Part shown: one piece after another, positions 24,571 to 36,263 of the stretch | Layout of the letters: the number at the start of each line of letters is the position of its first letter | Numbering within the stretch: the stretch's first letter is position 1 | Origin: Mobula hypostoma | Taxonomy: Eukaryota | Length of the DNA stretch: 64,000 nt | Direction: 5' to 3' | Assembly: GCF_963921235.1 (NCBI RefSeq) | Contig: NC_086097.1 | Coordinates: 41,790,001-41,854,000 of the forward strand | Translations under genes and position numbers: made by a program | Notes under the pieces: model-generated | What the model was told of the DNA's origin: nothing | Database searches by the model: none | Seen by the model: only the letters and a program-made list of their open reading frames with translations

Positions 24571-25914
24571 TCTTGAAAACTGAAGAGTTGTTTTGAAGGG
24601 GATTCATATTCACAGGCATCAGCAAATTAGGAAATTACTCACCTTCAGAAGAGCAGACACTCAGAATAAAAAGGTAATTCAGGTGACCCAAGAGAAACGC
24701 TCACAGAAAGAGCAGCTTGGTGAATTAAACTGTCATTAAATTCTCCCTACCCATGAAGAAAACTGAGGACAACAATCAACTGGCTTTCATGTTCAGATTA
24801 AAGCCAATAAACATCAACCTGAACAGATGGCCAGGAAATTTTATGATTTTGATTTAGCTAAAGCCAATATGGTAAGGCCTGACCATGAGGATCCACATTT
24901 GTCCTGTCCCAGCACTTTCAATATTGGTAATAAAGCTGACATCATCAAATTACTGTAATTTGCAAAAAGAACTGTAGAATTGAGCATAGAAAAATCAATA
25001 GTCAAATATAAAAACTCAACCATAGTAATACTAGTGGGGTTTCATTTGCATTCATGGAGAATGAAAGTCAGGAATCATTACCTTCCTCCCTGACACATCT
25101 GTGTAGTTATGAAAAGCTGCTGCAAAATGTTAGCTGCCATTTTTCAGACGGGGCATCACATGAAAGTCACTTGCTGTGTCAGGTCACCCAAAGGAGACCA
25201 ATAAAGTTGCCCTTTACTTACCTCTTAAATACTACTTCTATAACAAACCTGATTACATTGACATTTTCATTTTGCTATTTGTGAGATCTTACTTTATGTA
25301 AATTGGCTGCTATAAATCTTAACTCACAGAATAATTGTACTTCTAAAACAATTAATTGACTGCAAATCACTTGAGACATACTGAAGGAGATATTAAAGGG
25401 ATTATTTACAGTTGTCCACAGCAAGTTTAACATAGTGAGGATGAGCTATAGTTTCCATTTACTTTGAGTCACAGCGTTCCTTTATTTGCCAGCCTCAATG
25501 TAAATTTGAACCAAGTCTGATTACATACCTTGGCTCCTTTCTAGATGGGCAACTCTCCAGGTAAAAACAGAGGTCATGAATGAGTCAGAAGCCAGTGGAG
25601 CTAATGATAACAGGAGGGTACATTCTGGACTTGGGTGCGTATAAGGGTGGCTATACAAATGTGATGCAAGAATAGAGATCTACCCTGAGGTGATGGTTAA
25701 AGATCCAGAAGAGACTGATCAGTGACCCTGATGAGGAGAAACATGTTAGTTGAAAGTTCAGAATGCCTGGAGCACCATATGTGCTGGAGAAGTACAGTAC
25801 TTACTGGCTCCATTCAGATGCCATTTATCTGTGCTTCCTCCTTTAAGACTTAGCCAGGGTTGAAGGCTGGAAGACAGATAAAATATGAGGCATCCAGCAC
25901 TTTATCATTTAAAT

Positions 25915-26112
25915 CAGCGGTCCCCAACCTCCGGGCCGCAGACTGGTACTGGGCCGCGAAGCATGCAGGGGTGCAGTGGTAGCCGAAACGCACCCAGCAT
26001 GTCTTTAAGAAAAAAGCCGAAATTTTGGCTTTTTTCTTAAAGATGTGCTGGATGGGTTCCGGCTACCGCTGCACCCCCGCATGCTTCGCGGCCCGGAGTT
26101 TGGGGACCACTG
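25915..26112. mobile_element. Palindromic hAT (Charlie-like) MITE
   Basis: 8-bp TSD ATTTAAAT at 25907-25914 and 26113-26120. TIRs CAGCGGTCCCCAA / TTGGGGACCACTG. The body is almost fully self-complementary. Confidence 0.92.
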
Positions 26113-26282
26113 ATTTAAATGACCAACCAAACTTTCATAGACCACGCACCATCTCACCTGCATTGAAGCTAGAAGTGGGTAAGTTGGAGGTATGCTGTTG
26201 TTGGGATTTAGGTTTCTAAAAGGTATGCATCCCACCTGATCCAAACACTTTTGTGGAGATATTTCAGCATGTGTAGGTAGCA

Positions 26283-26480
26283 AATGCCAGAAACACTCAG
26301 CAGCTCAGGTAGACTTTGTGTAGAGAAAAACAGTTCACATTTTAGATCGAAAACTCTTCTTTAATTTTGATGAAGGTTCATCAACCTTTAACATTTAGTC
26401 TATTTTCTTCTCTCTCCAGATGAAGCCTGATGTGTTTAGTATTACTACATTCTCTTTTTTTAAATTTGTTCTCAGGTGTC
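26283..26480. mobile_element. Old inverted Penelope pseudo-LTR remnant
   Basis: 'aaatgccagaaacactcagcag...' followed by 'ttgatgaaggttcatcaacctttaacat', a decayed hammerhead core. Confidence 0.5.
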
Positions 26481-27239
26481 CAGTATTTGCTTTTGGCTTT
26501 TAATCTACTTCATACCCAATATTACATTGCCAAGGGACAAACTTCAGAGAATGATAGGGGTTGAAGGTCAGGGGGCAAAGGCATGGAGTTCCCCAGAAAG
26601 TTTGCAAGGGTGAACAAAAATATCACTGAGAGAGACGCTAGAGCTTCAATTAGTGAGGTATGGCCATTCCCCCAAAATGGTCAGTAAAGTAGAAAACTGG
26701 AAATTCATAATAAATACTCACAAGCATGCATCACACTGGATGTTATTGGCCCATACCAAATAATGGTGAGAACCTGTTACCACCATCAGGAGAATCAGTA
26801 AACAGATCATGCAGTTATAAAATAATTGTCCACTCACAGGAGAGTGAACTGTCTTTCTTTTCTTTTTACATCTTTTTATTGAATAAGTATACAAAAAGGT
26901 AAGCCATATAGGCACTAATACACTGTAAGAATATAATAAAATTACAGGAGATATTAATACAGAAAAAAAATGATACAAACAATGTAATTTAAACATAACA
27001 TACTAAGGTAACATAATAGTATACTAATTTATATATATATATATATCAATAGAAAAAAGGAAAAAAAACCCCAAAAAAAACCCACCGTGCAACTAAACTA
27101 AAAGCAAAGCAAAGCAATGGGCTAACTTGGAACCAAGTAGAGTTAAAGAACTTAAAATCACGTCCTCAAACCATTAAAAACAGTAAAAAAAAACAAGAAG
27201 GGTATATAAATATGGAGCAAAAAAGAGAAGAAAAAAAAA

Positions 27240-30200
27240 TTACATTAAATGAAAATATTGAATAAAAGATCTCCAGGTCTGTTCAAATTTAAGTGAGGAA
27301 TCATAAAGATTACTTATAATTTTCTCCAAATTCAAGCATAATATCGTCTGAGAAAACCAAAAAAAGGTGGTTGGAGCATTAAGCTCTTTCCAATGTTGTA
27401 AGATACATCTTTTCTCTGCCACAGCAAACTGTTGAGGCCGGTTCATTGGCTATGTTTAAGAGGGAGTTAGATATGGCCCTTGTGGCTACAGGGGTCAGGG
27501 GGTATGGAGGGAAGGCTGGGGCGGGGTTCTGAGTTGGATGATCAGCCATGATCATAATAAATGGCGGTGCAGGCTTGAAGGGCCGAATGGCCTACTCCTG
27601 CACCTATTTTCTATGTTCTATGTCTATGTCTATGTTTTCGCCATTAAAGTAAGAAATGCAATCATTCTACGGGCTGAAGGAGAAAGATTACTGGAAATTT
27701 TAGGTAGTCCAAAGATAGCAGTAATAGGGTGAGGAGAGATAGCTATATTCAATACCTTTGAGATAATATTAAAAATGTCTCTCCAAAAGTTTCCAGAGTA
27801 GGACAAGACCAAAACATATGAGTTAAAGAGGCTATCTGCCCCGGACATCTATCACAAAAAGGATTAATATGAGAATAAAAGCGAGCTAATTTATCTTTGG
27901 ACATATGTGCTCTATGAACAACTTTAAATTGAATTAGGGAATGTTTAGCACAGATAGAGGAAGTATTGACTAATTGTAAGATCTGCCCCCAGTCATCCAC
28001 GGAAATGATAGAACCCAATTCCTGTTCCCAATCTACCCTAATCTTATCAAATGGAACTTTCTTAAGTTTCATAATAATATTATAAGTCATAGCCGATGTA
28101 CCTTTCTGACATGGATTAAGGTTAATTATAGTATCTAAAATGTATGTAGGAGGAAGCATTGGAAAGGAAGAAAGTATAGTACTTAGGAAATTTCTAACTT
28201 GTAGATATCTAAAAAAATGTATTCTTGATAAATTATATTTGTTAGATAATTGTTCAAAAGACATAAGGGAACCATCTAAAAATAAATCCGAAAATCGTGA
28301 AATACCCTTAGTCTTCCAAATTTGAAAAGCACGATCTGTAAAAGAGGGAGGAAAAAATATGTTACCTAAGATAGCCCAAATTGGTTAAGATCAAAAAATT
28401 TTCTGAATTGAAACCAAATACGTAAGGTATATTTAACTATCGGGTTAGATACCTGTTTGAGGTGTTTCAAATCAAAAGGAAGAGAGGAACCTAAAATAGA
28501 GCCAAGTGTATAGCCCTGAACAGATTGTAATTCCAATGCTACCCATTTGGGAATGGATAGTATATCCTGGTCAAGTAACCAAAATTTCATATGTCGAATA
28601 TTAATTGCCCAATAATATAATCTAAAGTTAGGTAATGCTAAACCTCCATCTCTCTTAGATTTCTGTAAATGTATTTTACCCAGTCTCGGGTTTTTATTTT
28701 GCCAAATAAATGAAGAAATTTTTGAGTCAACTTTATCAAAAAAAGATTTTGGAACAAAAATCAGTAATGCCTGAAATATATATAAAAATTTTGGCAGAAA
28801 AAACATCTTAACTGCATTAATACTACCAATCAAAGTTAAATATAAAGGAAACCATTTAGATGAAAGTTGAATAATATGGTCAATTAAGGGTAAAAAGTTA
28901 ATCTTAAATAAATCTTTGTGTTTACAAGTAATTTTAATCCCAAGATATGAAAAATAATTATTAATCAATTTAAACAGAAAGTTATGACATAAGGGAAGTT
29001 GTTTATTAACCGGGAAAAGTTCACTCTTACTAAGATTTAATTTATAACCTGAAGAGAAACTAAATTGTGCTAATAACTCTAAAACAGCAGGGATGGATTT
29101 TTGAGGATTAGAAATATATAAAAGTAAGTCATCAGCATAGAGTGATATTTTATGGGACTTTAAGCCCCGAGTTATCCCAGTAATATTTGGAGATTCTCGA
29201 ATGGCAATTGCAAGAGGTTCTAATGCAATATCAAATAATAAAGGACTAAGAGGACAACCTTGTTGAGTACCTCGAAAAAGAGGGAAAAAAGGTGAGCTTA
29301 AAGAGTTAGTACGGACCGAGCCCACAGGAGAATGATATAACAGTTTGATCCAGGATATAAATTTCGAGCTGAAATTAAACATTTCAAGCACCTTAAATAA
29401 GTAAGGCCATTCTACTCTATCAAAAGCTTTCTCAGCATCTAAAGAGATAACACACTCAGGAACATTTTGTGAGGGTGTATAAACAATATTTAACAGTGTG
29501 CGAATGTTATAAAAAGAGTAACGACCTTTAATAAAACCCGTTTGGTCTTCCGAAATAATAAAAGGAAGTACTCTTTCTAATCTGTTTGCTAATAACTTAG
29601 AAAAAATTTTAGAATCAACATTTAATAAAGATATTGGTCTATCAGATGCACATTGAGCAGGATCTTTATCCTTCTTTAATATTAGAGAGATTGACACTCT
29701 ATTGAAAGATTCGGGAAGTTTACCAAGTTTTAATGAAGCCTCGAAAACCCTACAGAACCAAGGGATTAATGAAGGTGCAAAACATTTACAAAATTCTGCG
29801 GTAAACCCATCAGGGCCAGGAGCTTTCCCCAGATTCATAGAGGAAATAACATTCTTAATCTCATCAGTGGTAATTGGAGTATCTAGCATAGAAGACATAT
29901 CCTGTGAAATCTCAGGGAAGTCTAGGTTATCTAAAAAATCATTCATATATTTAGAGTCTCGAGAAGACTCTGATTGATGTAAGGAAGAATAAAAATCAAA
30001 GAAGGTTTGATTAATCCCCGCATGATCAAGTATCAGTCGATCATTTTGATTATAAATCTGATTCATTTGAGATTTAGCATAATTAGACTTCAATTGGTTA
30101 GCCAACAGATTGCCAATTTTGTCACTGTGTACATAAAATTCACTTCTCGTTTTCCTTAATTGGTTTACAATCGAGGACGAAAGTAATAAACTGTGTTCCA

Positions 30201-31219
30201 TTTGAAGTTCAGTTCTTTGTTTATATAACTCCTCAGAGGGAGCTGTAACATATTTCTTATCAATTTCCTTAATCTTATCCACAATTACCAACTCCTCCTG
30301 CTTCAGCTTCTTCCTCAAAGCAGCAGAATACAAGATAACCTGACCACGAATATAAGCTTTAAAAGTATCCCAAAGAATGTTCACAGAAATATCCTCTGTA
30401 TAGTTGATTGTAAAAAAAAGATCAATCTGTTCATTCATAAATTTAACAAAGTCCGAATCCTGAAGCAACAGCGAATTAAAACGCCATTGTCTATTATTTT
30501 GTGTATTGGCCTGAATTTTAATAGAAAGCTTAAGTGAAGCATGATCCAAAATGGTTATAGAGTCATAATCACATTTAATCACTGAAGAAATAAGATGAGA
30601 GTCAATAAAGAAATAATCAATTCTTGAATAGGAATGGTGAACATGTGAAAAAAAAGAAAAATCTTTTTCCTGAGGATGCAAAAAACGCCAAATGTCCGTC
30701 GACCCAGAATCAGAGAGGAATGAATTAATCAAAGTTGCAGATTTATTAGGTAAGGTCCGTAGAGGAGCCGAACGGTCCAAAGCTGGAGACAAGCAGGTAT
30801 TAAGATCTCCGCCCCAGATCATTCAAATTCGGGAACTGATTGAATAATGATTTATAAAATTCCAGATAGTCCATATTGGGAGCATAAACATTAACCAAAA
30901 CTACCTTTTTATTAAATAGTAGACCACTACCCAGTAGAAATCTACCATTCGGATCAGAGATAATATCATGTTGTATAAAAGTAACTGAGGAGTCTATAAA
31001 AATAGAGACGCCTCGAATCTTAGCATTAGAGCTCGAATGAAACTGTTGTTCCTTCCAGAATTTAAAAAAACGTAATTTGTCCCCCCTCCGCACATGGGTC
31101 TCTTGTAAAAATAGAATTTGTGCTTTAAGTCTCCGGAACACTTTAAAAACTTTTTTCCTTTTAATAGGATGGTTAAGACCATTAGTATTCCAGGAGACAA
31201 AATTAATAATAGACTCCAT
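27240..31219 (-). pseudogene. L1 ORF2 (APE endonuclease, RT, C-terminal Cys-rich domain), frameshifted
   Basis: SWNTNGL, LQETH, GGDLN, SRIDYFF, SLDAEKAFD, QGCPLSP, YADD, C..C....H.FW.C. It is split over several frames and interrupted by a CR1 insertion. Confidence 0.93.
27415..27634 (+). mobile_element. CR1 3' end inserted into L1 ORF2
   Basis: CR1 tail with (CTATGT)n. It splits 'LTLMAK|RCIL', with TTTTC repeated on both sides. Confidence 0.85.
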
Positions 31220-31923
31220 AAACCCTAAAGTCAACCCGCAAAAAGGAGGATTGACGATAGGCTCGACCCACGAACCCGGAAAGGGAACAGAACAAATAAG
31301 AGATACCGGGAAGGAGAACGCAACCAATACTTCAATAGTGTACATAGCCCAAGAAGAAAGAAACTAAAACGTGAAGCCCCTCCCACCACCCCCTACCCCA
31401 TGACCTCAAGGCTAAATCTAAAACAGACCAGCCAGAAAGAAGCAAGCACTAAAACTACCCCCATGACTTCCGATAGACGCTCCCTAAAAAAAAGTGTAAA
31501 TATAAAAAAGATCAGCTAGTTATAAAACAGTAAAAGAATAAAAAAAGTAAATCAATTAAAACAAACACTTAATATAACAAAGAAAAAGCCAGAAAATATA
31601 AAAAAAACGCAACAAACCCCAGACCCTATGAATAAACAAAAATAGAAATGAAAATATTAACATAAACTAGCTATGAAAACCTACAAAAAAAAGATTTAAA
31701 AACTACAAAATTTAAGGCCTCAAAGGAAATACGTAGAATGACGTTGAGGGAATAACCACCCAGAATCCCCTGGGAAAAAGAAAGGAATGACGCAGATAGA
31801 AAGAAAGTTTAGCAGCCATATTAATTAATCAAAAATAAACTTTTCTGCCCATGTAAGGCAAAAAAAAATTAAGGCCGACAGATTCACAACCTCCGATCAA
31901 ATGGAGATAGTTAAAAATTACGA

Positions 31924-32769
31924 TTAAGATGTTGAAGGTGAAAATTGATCCAGATAACTCTGGGCATCCGATGGAGATTCAAAAAAACGGAGGGCTCCAT
32001 CCAACGTACGGATCCTTAGACGTGCTGGGTAAAGCAGCGCTGGTTTTAAATCCATCTTGTAGAGTTCCGACATCACAGATCTGTAACGAACCCGTTGATC
32101 CCGAATTGGTTTACTGAAATCCTCCACGAATCGGAAACTAAGATCCGAAAAATCAATGTAACCTTTAGATCGAACCAATCGAAACAGTTTCTCCTTGTCT
32201 TGAAAGTAATGAAAACGTAAGATGACATGTCGAGGTTTATCTGACTTAGACGAGTTTGATGGAACTCTGTGAGCCCGATCCAATAACAGTGGTTGGTCAG
32301 GAAATACAGTAGGAAATGCATCTTTTAAAAGTTGAGAAAAAAACTTCATAGGGTTGTCAGATTCCACAGCTTCACGCACACCAATCATTCGAAGATTCCG
32401 CCGTCGCATTCTGGATTCTAAGTCAGAGTTTTTAAAGGTCAGAAAGTCAAGTTTTTCTTCATTATAGTAATTGTTTCTTCAATTTTCCCCATCTTGAGTT
32501 CATTTTATTGCGTGGATTTTTGAAGATTAGATATAGCCGACTGATGTTCCGTAATAGATAATTGTACTTTATCGATTGAATCGGCAATTTTCTGGAAATT
32601 AATTGAAATTTCCGAACGAATCAGTTCCGTAATAGAGGTTGAAATTTCCCTTTGAGTTAGATCCGATATAGCTTTCAGAGTCAAAGGTGGTTCAGTCGGG
32701 GGGGAGATCGGTACCTTTCGGTCTAACTGGAGGTTTGCCGTCTTTCCCATTTTTTCCATTCTTAGACAT
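31924..32769 (-). pseudogene. L1 ORF1 (coiled coil plus RRM/CTD, Transposase_22-like), disrupted
   Basis: 'SRMRRRNLRMIGV.E', 'DRAHR', 'PRHVILRF', 'LLYPARL'. A heptad-like region lies upstream. Frameshifts and a stop are present. Confidence 0.88.
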
Positions 32770-33878
32770 AGCAGACCTTAAAAACATCCGATTATCGAAG
32801 AGCCCAATTTGTTTCAAAGTATTGTAAAAGTCGATGCCTTAATGGTTAGTTAAAATATAGCTGATCATAAGAAAAAAACTCAGAGGTAATGGAGCAAGTC
32901 AAGAACACGACTTCACTCCATGAGCTCTACCGGAAGTCCCGAGAGTGAACTGTCAGGGAAGGTTTCTATATAGTAAATTGCTTTAATACAAATGCAATAC
33001 ACAAAAGAGAAATGCTTAAAAGCACGTTCATTATATGCATGAAAAGGAAAACTTAGCAATTATGAGGAAACAGCCTGTGAATGTGATTAATTGGATGATT
33101 CCTTCAAAGATCTGGACAAGGTGCAATGTAATGAATCCTCTTCTCCATATTCAGGATGGATACAAATGGAAGACTGAGCACAAACCCCGAATCCTTGGTT
33201 TCAGTCTGTTGATGTTATTTTACATAATATGCTTGCCTGAAATACTCTTATGGAGATGAAAGACCAAAGCAAATTGATCTGGACAGGAGTAATTTCAAAC
33301 AACAATTAACTGGCCCTACATTTGGGTTTGGGACACTGGCAACTAATGAAAGGATTTTAAGCCTGGCAAGCAGGATTACAGAGATTCCCAACGCATTTCA
33401 GGTAGAGCAAGAGAGCAGATTGGAAAAGGGTGGTTCGTTTCAAAGACAATAGAGGGAGGTTATGTATGGAGTCAGAGGAAGTAAATGAAGCCCTCAGTTA
33501 GTACTTCACATCATTACCGACCATGGAGAAGGACATTGATGATGATGAGATTAAGGAGGATGAGTTGAGATTCTGGGCCATGTTGATATTAAGGGTGGAG
33601 GCATCACGTGTATTGAGAAACATTAAGGAGAAAACTCGCAAGTACCTGCTGGTATCTAGCTCAGTACACTGAGGAAGGTGAAAGAGGAGATTACTGTGGA
33701 TCCCCATTTCTCTACCTATAGGTTAGGCACTGGAAGACTGGAAAATAACCAATGTTATTTCTTTGTTTAAGAAGGTTAACAAAGGTATTCTCCTGAATAT
33801 CCTCTGAACCTTCTCCAATGTCAACATATGTTCTTTTAGTGAAGGGATCCAAAACTGTTAACAATACTGTAGTATCAT

Positions 33879-34393
33879 AAACACAAAAAAACCTGCAGAT
33901 GCTGAAAATTCAAGCAACACACACAAAATGCTGGTGGAATGCAGCAGGCCAGGCAGCATCAATAGGAAGAAGTACAGTTGACGTTTCGGGTTGAGACCCT
34001 TCGTCAGGACTAACGGAAAAAAGAGATAGCAAGAGATTTGAAAGTGGGAGGGGGAGGGGGAGACCCGAAATGATAGGAAAAGACAGGAGGGGGAGGGACG
34101 AAGCTAAGAGCTGGGAAGTTGATTGGCAAAAGGGATAAAAGGCTGGAGAATGGGGAGTATCATAGGACAGATGGCCTTAGAAAAAAAGAAAACGGGAGGG
34201 GAGCATCAGAGGAAGATGGAGAACAGGCAAGGAGTTATTGTGAGAAAAAAAGAGAGAAGAGGAAGAAAAAAATAAATAAATAGGAGGGATGGGGTAAGAA
34301 GGGGAGGAGGGGCATTAACGGAAGTTAGAGAAATTAATGTTCATGCCATCAGGTTGGAGGCTACTGAGACAGAATATAAGGTGTTGTTCCTCC
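33879..34393 (-). mobile_element. Penelope-like element 3' fragment (end of endonuclease plus pseudo-LTR)
   Basis: Reverse complement of 16474-16945, plus the extra terminal segment 'gcatctgcagg'. Confidence 0.88.
33976..34011 (-). ncRNA. Minimal type I hammerhead ribozyme motif
   Basis: The minus strand reads AGTC-CTGACGA-AGGGT-CTCA-ACCC-GAAA-CGTC-AACT. Confidence 0.8.
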
Positions 34394-35165
34394 AGTACTC
34401 TATTGCAGTCTGACCAATGCCTTATAAAGTCTCAGCATTACATCCTTGCTGTTGTATTCTAGAACTCTTGAAATGAATGCTAAAATTGCATTTGTCTTCC
34501 TTACCACTGACTAAGTATGCAGGTCAACATTCAGGGAATCCTCCACAATTAAACTCAAGTCATTTTGCACCTCTGGTTTTGAATTTTCTCACCTTAGAGC
34601 AAATAATCTAGTTTTTATTTCTTCTGCCCGAGTGCTTGCCCATACACTTCCCAAGATTGTATTCCATCTGCCACCTCTTTGCTCATTCTCCTAATCTGTC
34701 TAAGTCCTTCTGCTGACACCCTGCTTCCTTTGCACTTCCTGTCCCTCTGCCTATCTTCATATTGTCTGTAAAGTTGGCCTCAAAGTCATCAATTCCATCA
34801 TCCAAATCATTGAAATATAACCTAAAAAGAAGCAATCCCAACACTGACCCCTGCAGAATGCAAAAGTTTCCCATTATTCCCACTTTTTGCCTCTAGCCAG
34901 TCAGCTGAACTTCTGTTTTTTCTGTTGTTTTCAGAAGTAGTTGATTTTAAAACCGGTCAGGACCAGCCTGCAACACATACTTTCAAGGTCAGCAGAAGTG
35001 CAGCAAGTGAAAGGAATTAGTCAATTTATCAGCCAATATAAGCAAAGTTGCTTTAGGGGAGCAGCCTTGTGAGAAAAGTGCAAGTCTTTGGCTCGAGAGT
35101 CTTCGGCAAGGAGGCTGAGGGAGGAGACTACGCCACAGTTGGAGAGGGTGAGAGGTGGTGAAGAA

Positions 35166-36096
35166 ATGACAGGTCAACTGATTCAGTGTGCTGCTTGCAT
35201 GATCTGGGAGGTCAGGGACGCTGATGGTGCCTCTGGCTGCTACAACTGTGAAAAGTGTATCCAAGCTCAGCTCCTGAAGGACCGTGTTGGGGCACTGGAG
35301 AAGCAACTGGATGACCTCAGGTTCACCTGGGCAAACGAGAGTCTTCTGGATAGGACCTACAGCGAGATCATTACATCAAAGATACCGGAAGGCGGGGGGG
35401 GGGGGGTTTGCGACGATGAGGAAGGGATTGATGCTTGGAGTACGGGAGACCCTGTGGGGTGTACCTCTTGAAAACAGGTTCACCCTCTTGGAAGCTGCTG
35501 GGACAGAAGACACTGCCAGTCTGAGAGGCGGACAGGTCCGTGAGCCAAAAATTGGCGCTGAAACAAAGCCGAGGAGACAGAAGTCAGGCAGAGCCATGGT
35601 AGTAGGGGACCCCATAGTGAGAGGTATAGATAGGGGTTTCTACGGCAACAGGCAGGATTTAAGGATGGTGTGTTGCCTCCCTGGTGCCAGGATCAAGGAC
35701 GTCACGGACCGATTGTAGGGCATCCTCAAGGGTGAAGGTGCAACCGGAGGTGGTGGTGCATATCGGCACAAATGACTTCGGGAGGATGAGGAAAGAAATT
35801 CTGCAGCGTGACTTCAGAGAATTCAGAAGAAGGCTGAAAAGCAGGACCTCCAGGGTGGTTATCTCTGGTTTGCTTCCAGTTCCTCATGCTGGAGAGGGCA
35901 GGAACAGGGATATAGGGGATCTGAATGTATGGCTGAGGAGCTGGTGCGGGGAGCAGGGATTTAGATTCTTAGACCACTGGGATCTCTTTTGGGGCAAGGA
36001 TGAATTGTACAAAAGGCACGGGTTGCACCTTAACAGGCGGGGGACCAGGTTCTGGCAGGCAGTTTTGCCACTGCTACACAGGTGTGTTTAAACTAA
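35166..36096 (+). pseudogene. CR1 ORF1 (Cys finger/leucine zipper plus SGNH esterase-like), frameshifted
   Basis: CAAC..CEKC, 'VVGDPIVRG', 'CCLPGA', 'VVHIGTND', 'ISGLLP', 'GLHLN'. Confidence 0.85.
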
Positions 36097-36263
36097 GTAG
36101 TGGGGGGTGGGGAGGAGACGAACTGGAATAAAAGAATGGAGTTAAAGAGAAAGAGAGAATAAGAAAAGTTTAAAAAGACAACAGAATTAACAGGGCAGGA
36201 AGCTCAGGAAGGGATCAGAGAGCATGGCTACGTGCAATGGGAATCGATGTGAAAGGTGAGGGG

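Larger units (their letters stand above)
21990..24580 (-). mobile_element. Internally deleted CR1 LINE (5'UTR, esterase ORF1, RT C-terminus)
   Basis: ORF 23348-23782 'VGDSLVRG...CCLPSA...AHVSTNN...ISGLLP' is an SGNH esterase ORF1. ORFs 22700-22900 and 23003-23188 are the RT C-terminus. Confidence 0.85.
26854..32940 (-). mobile_element. Full-length L1 LINE (inactivated)
   Basis: 14-bp TSD GAGAGTGAACTGTC at 26840-26853 and 32941-32954. The 5' end is GGGACTTCCGG. ORF1, ORF2, AATAAA and an A-rich tail are present on the minus strand. Confidence 0.95.
33410..34910. mobile_element. Degraded CR1 fragments (plus 33410-33790; minus 33790-34910, interrupted)
   Basis: ORF 34683-34883 reads 'QGSVLGLLLF..Y.NDL...NFTDNMKIG'. 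The plus-strand part resembles the pre-RT region. Confidence 0.7.

Noticed and set aside
24642..24817. Candidate minus-strand exon ending at a GTGAGT donor
   Set aside because: No clean reading frame and no partner exons.
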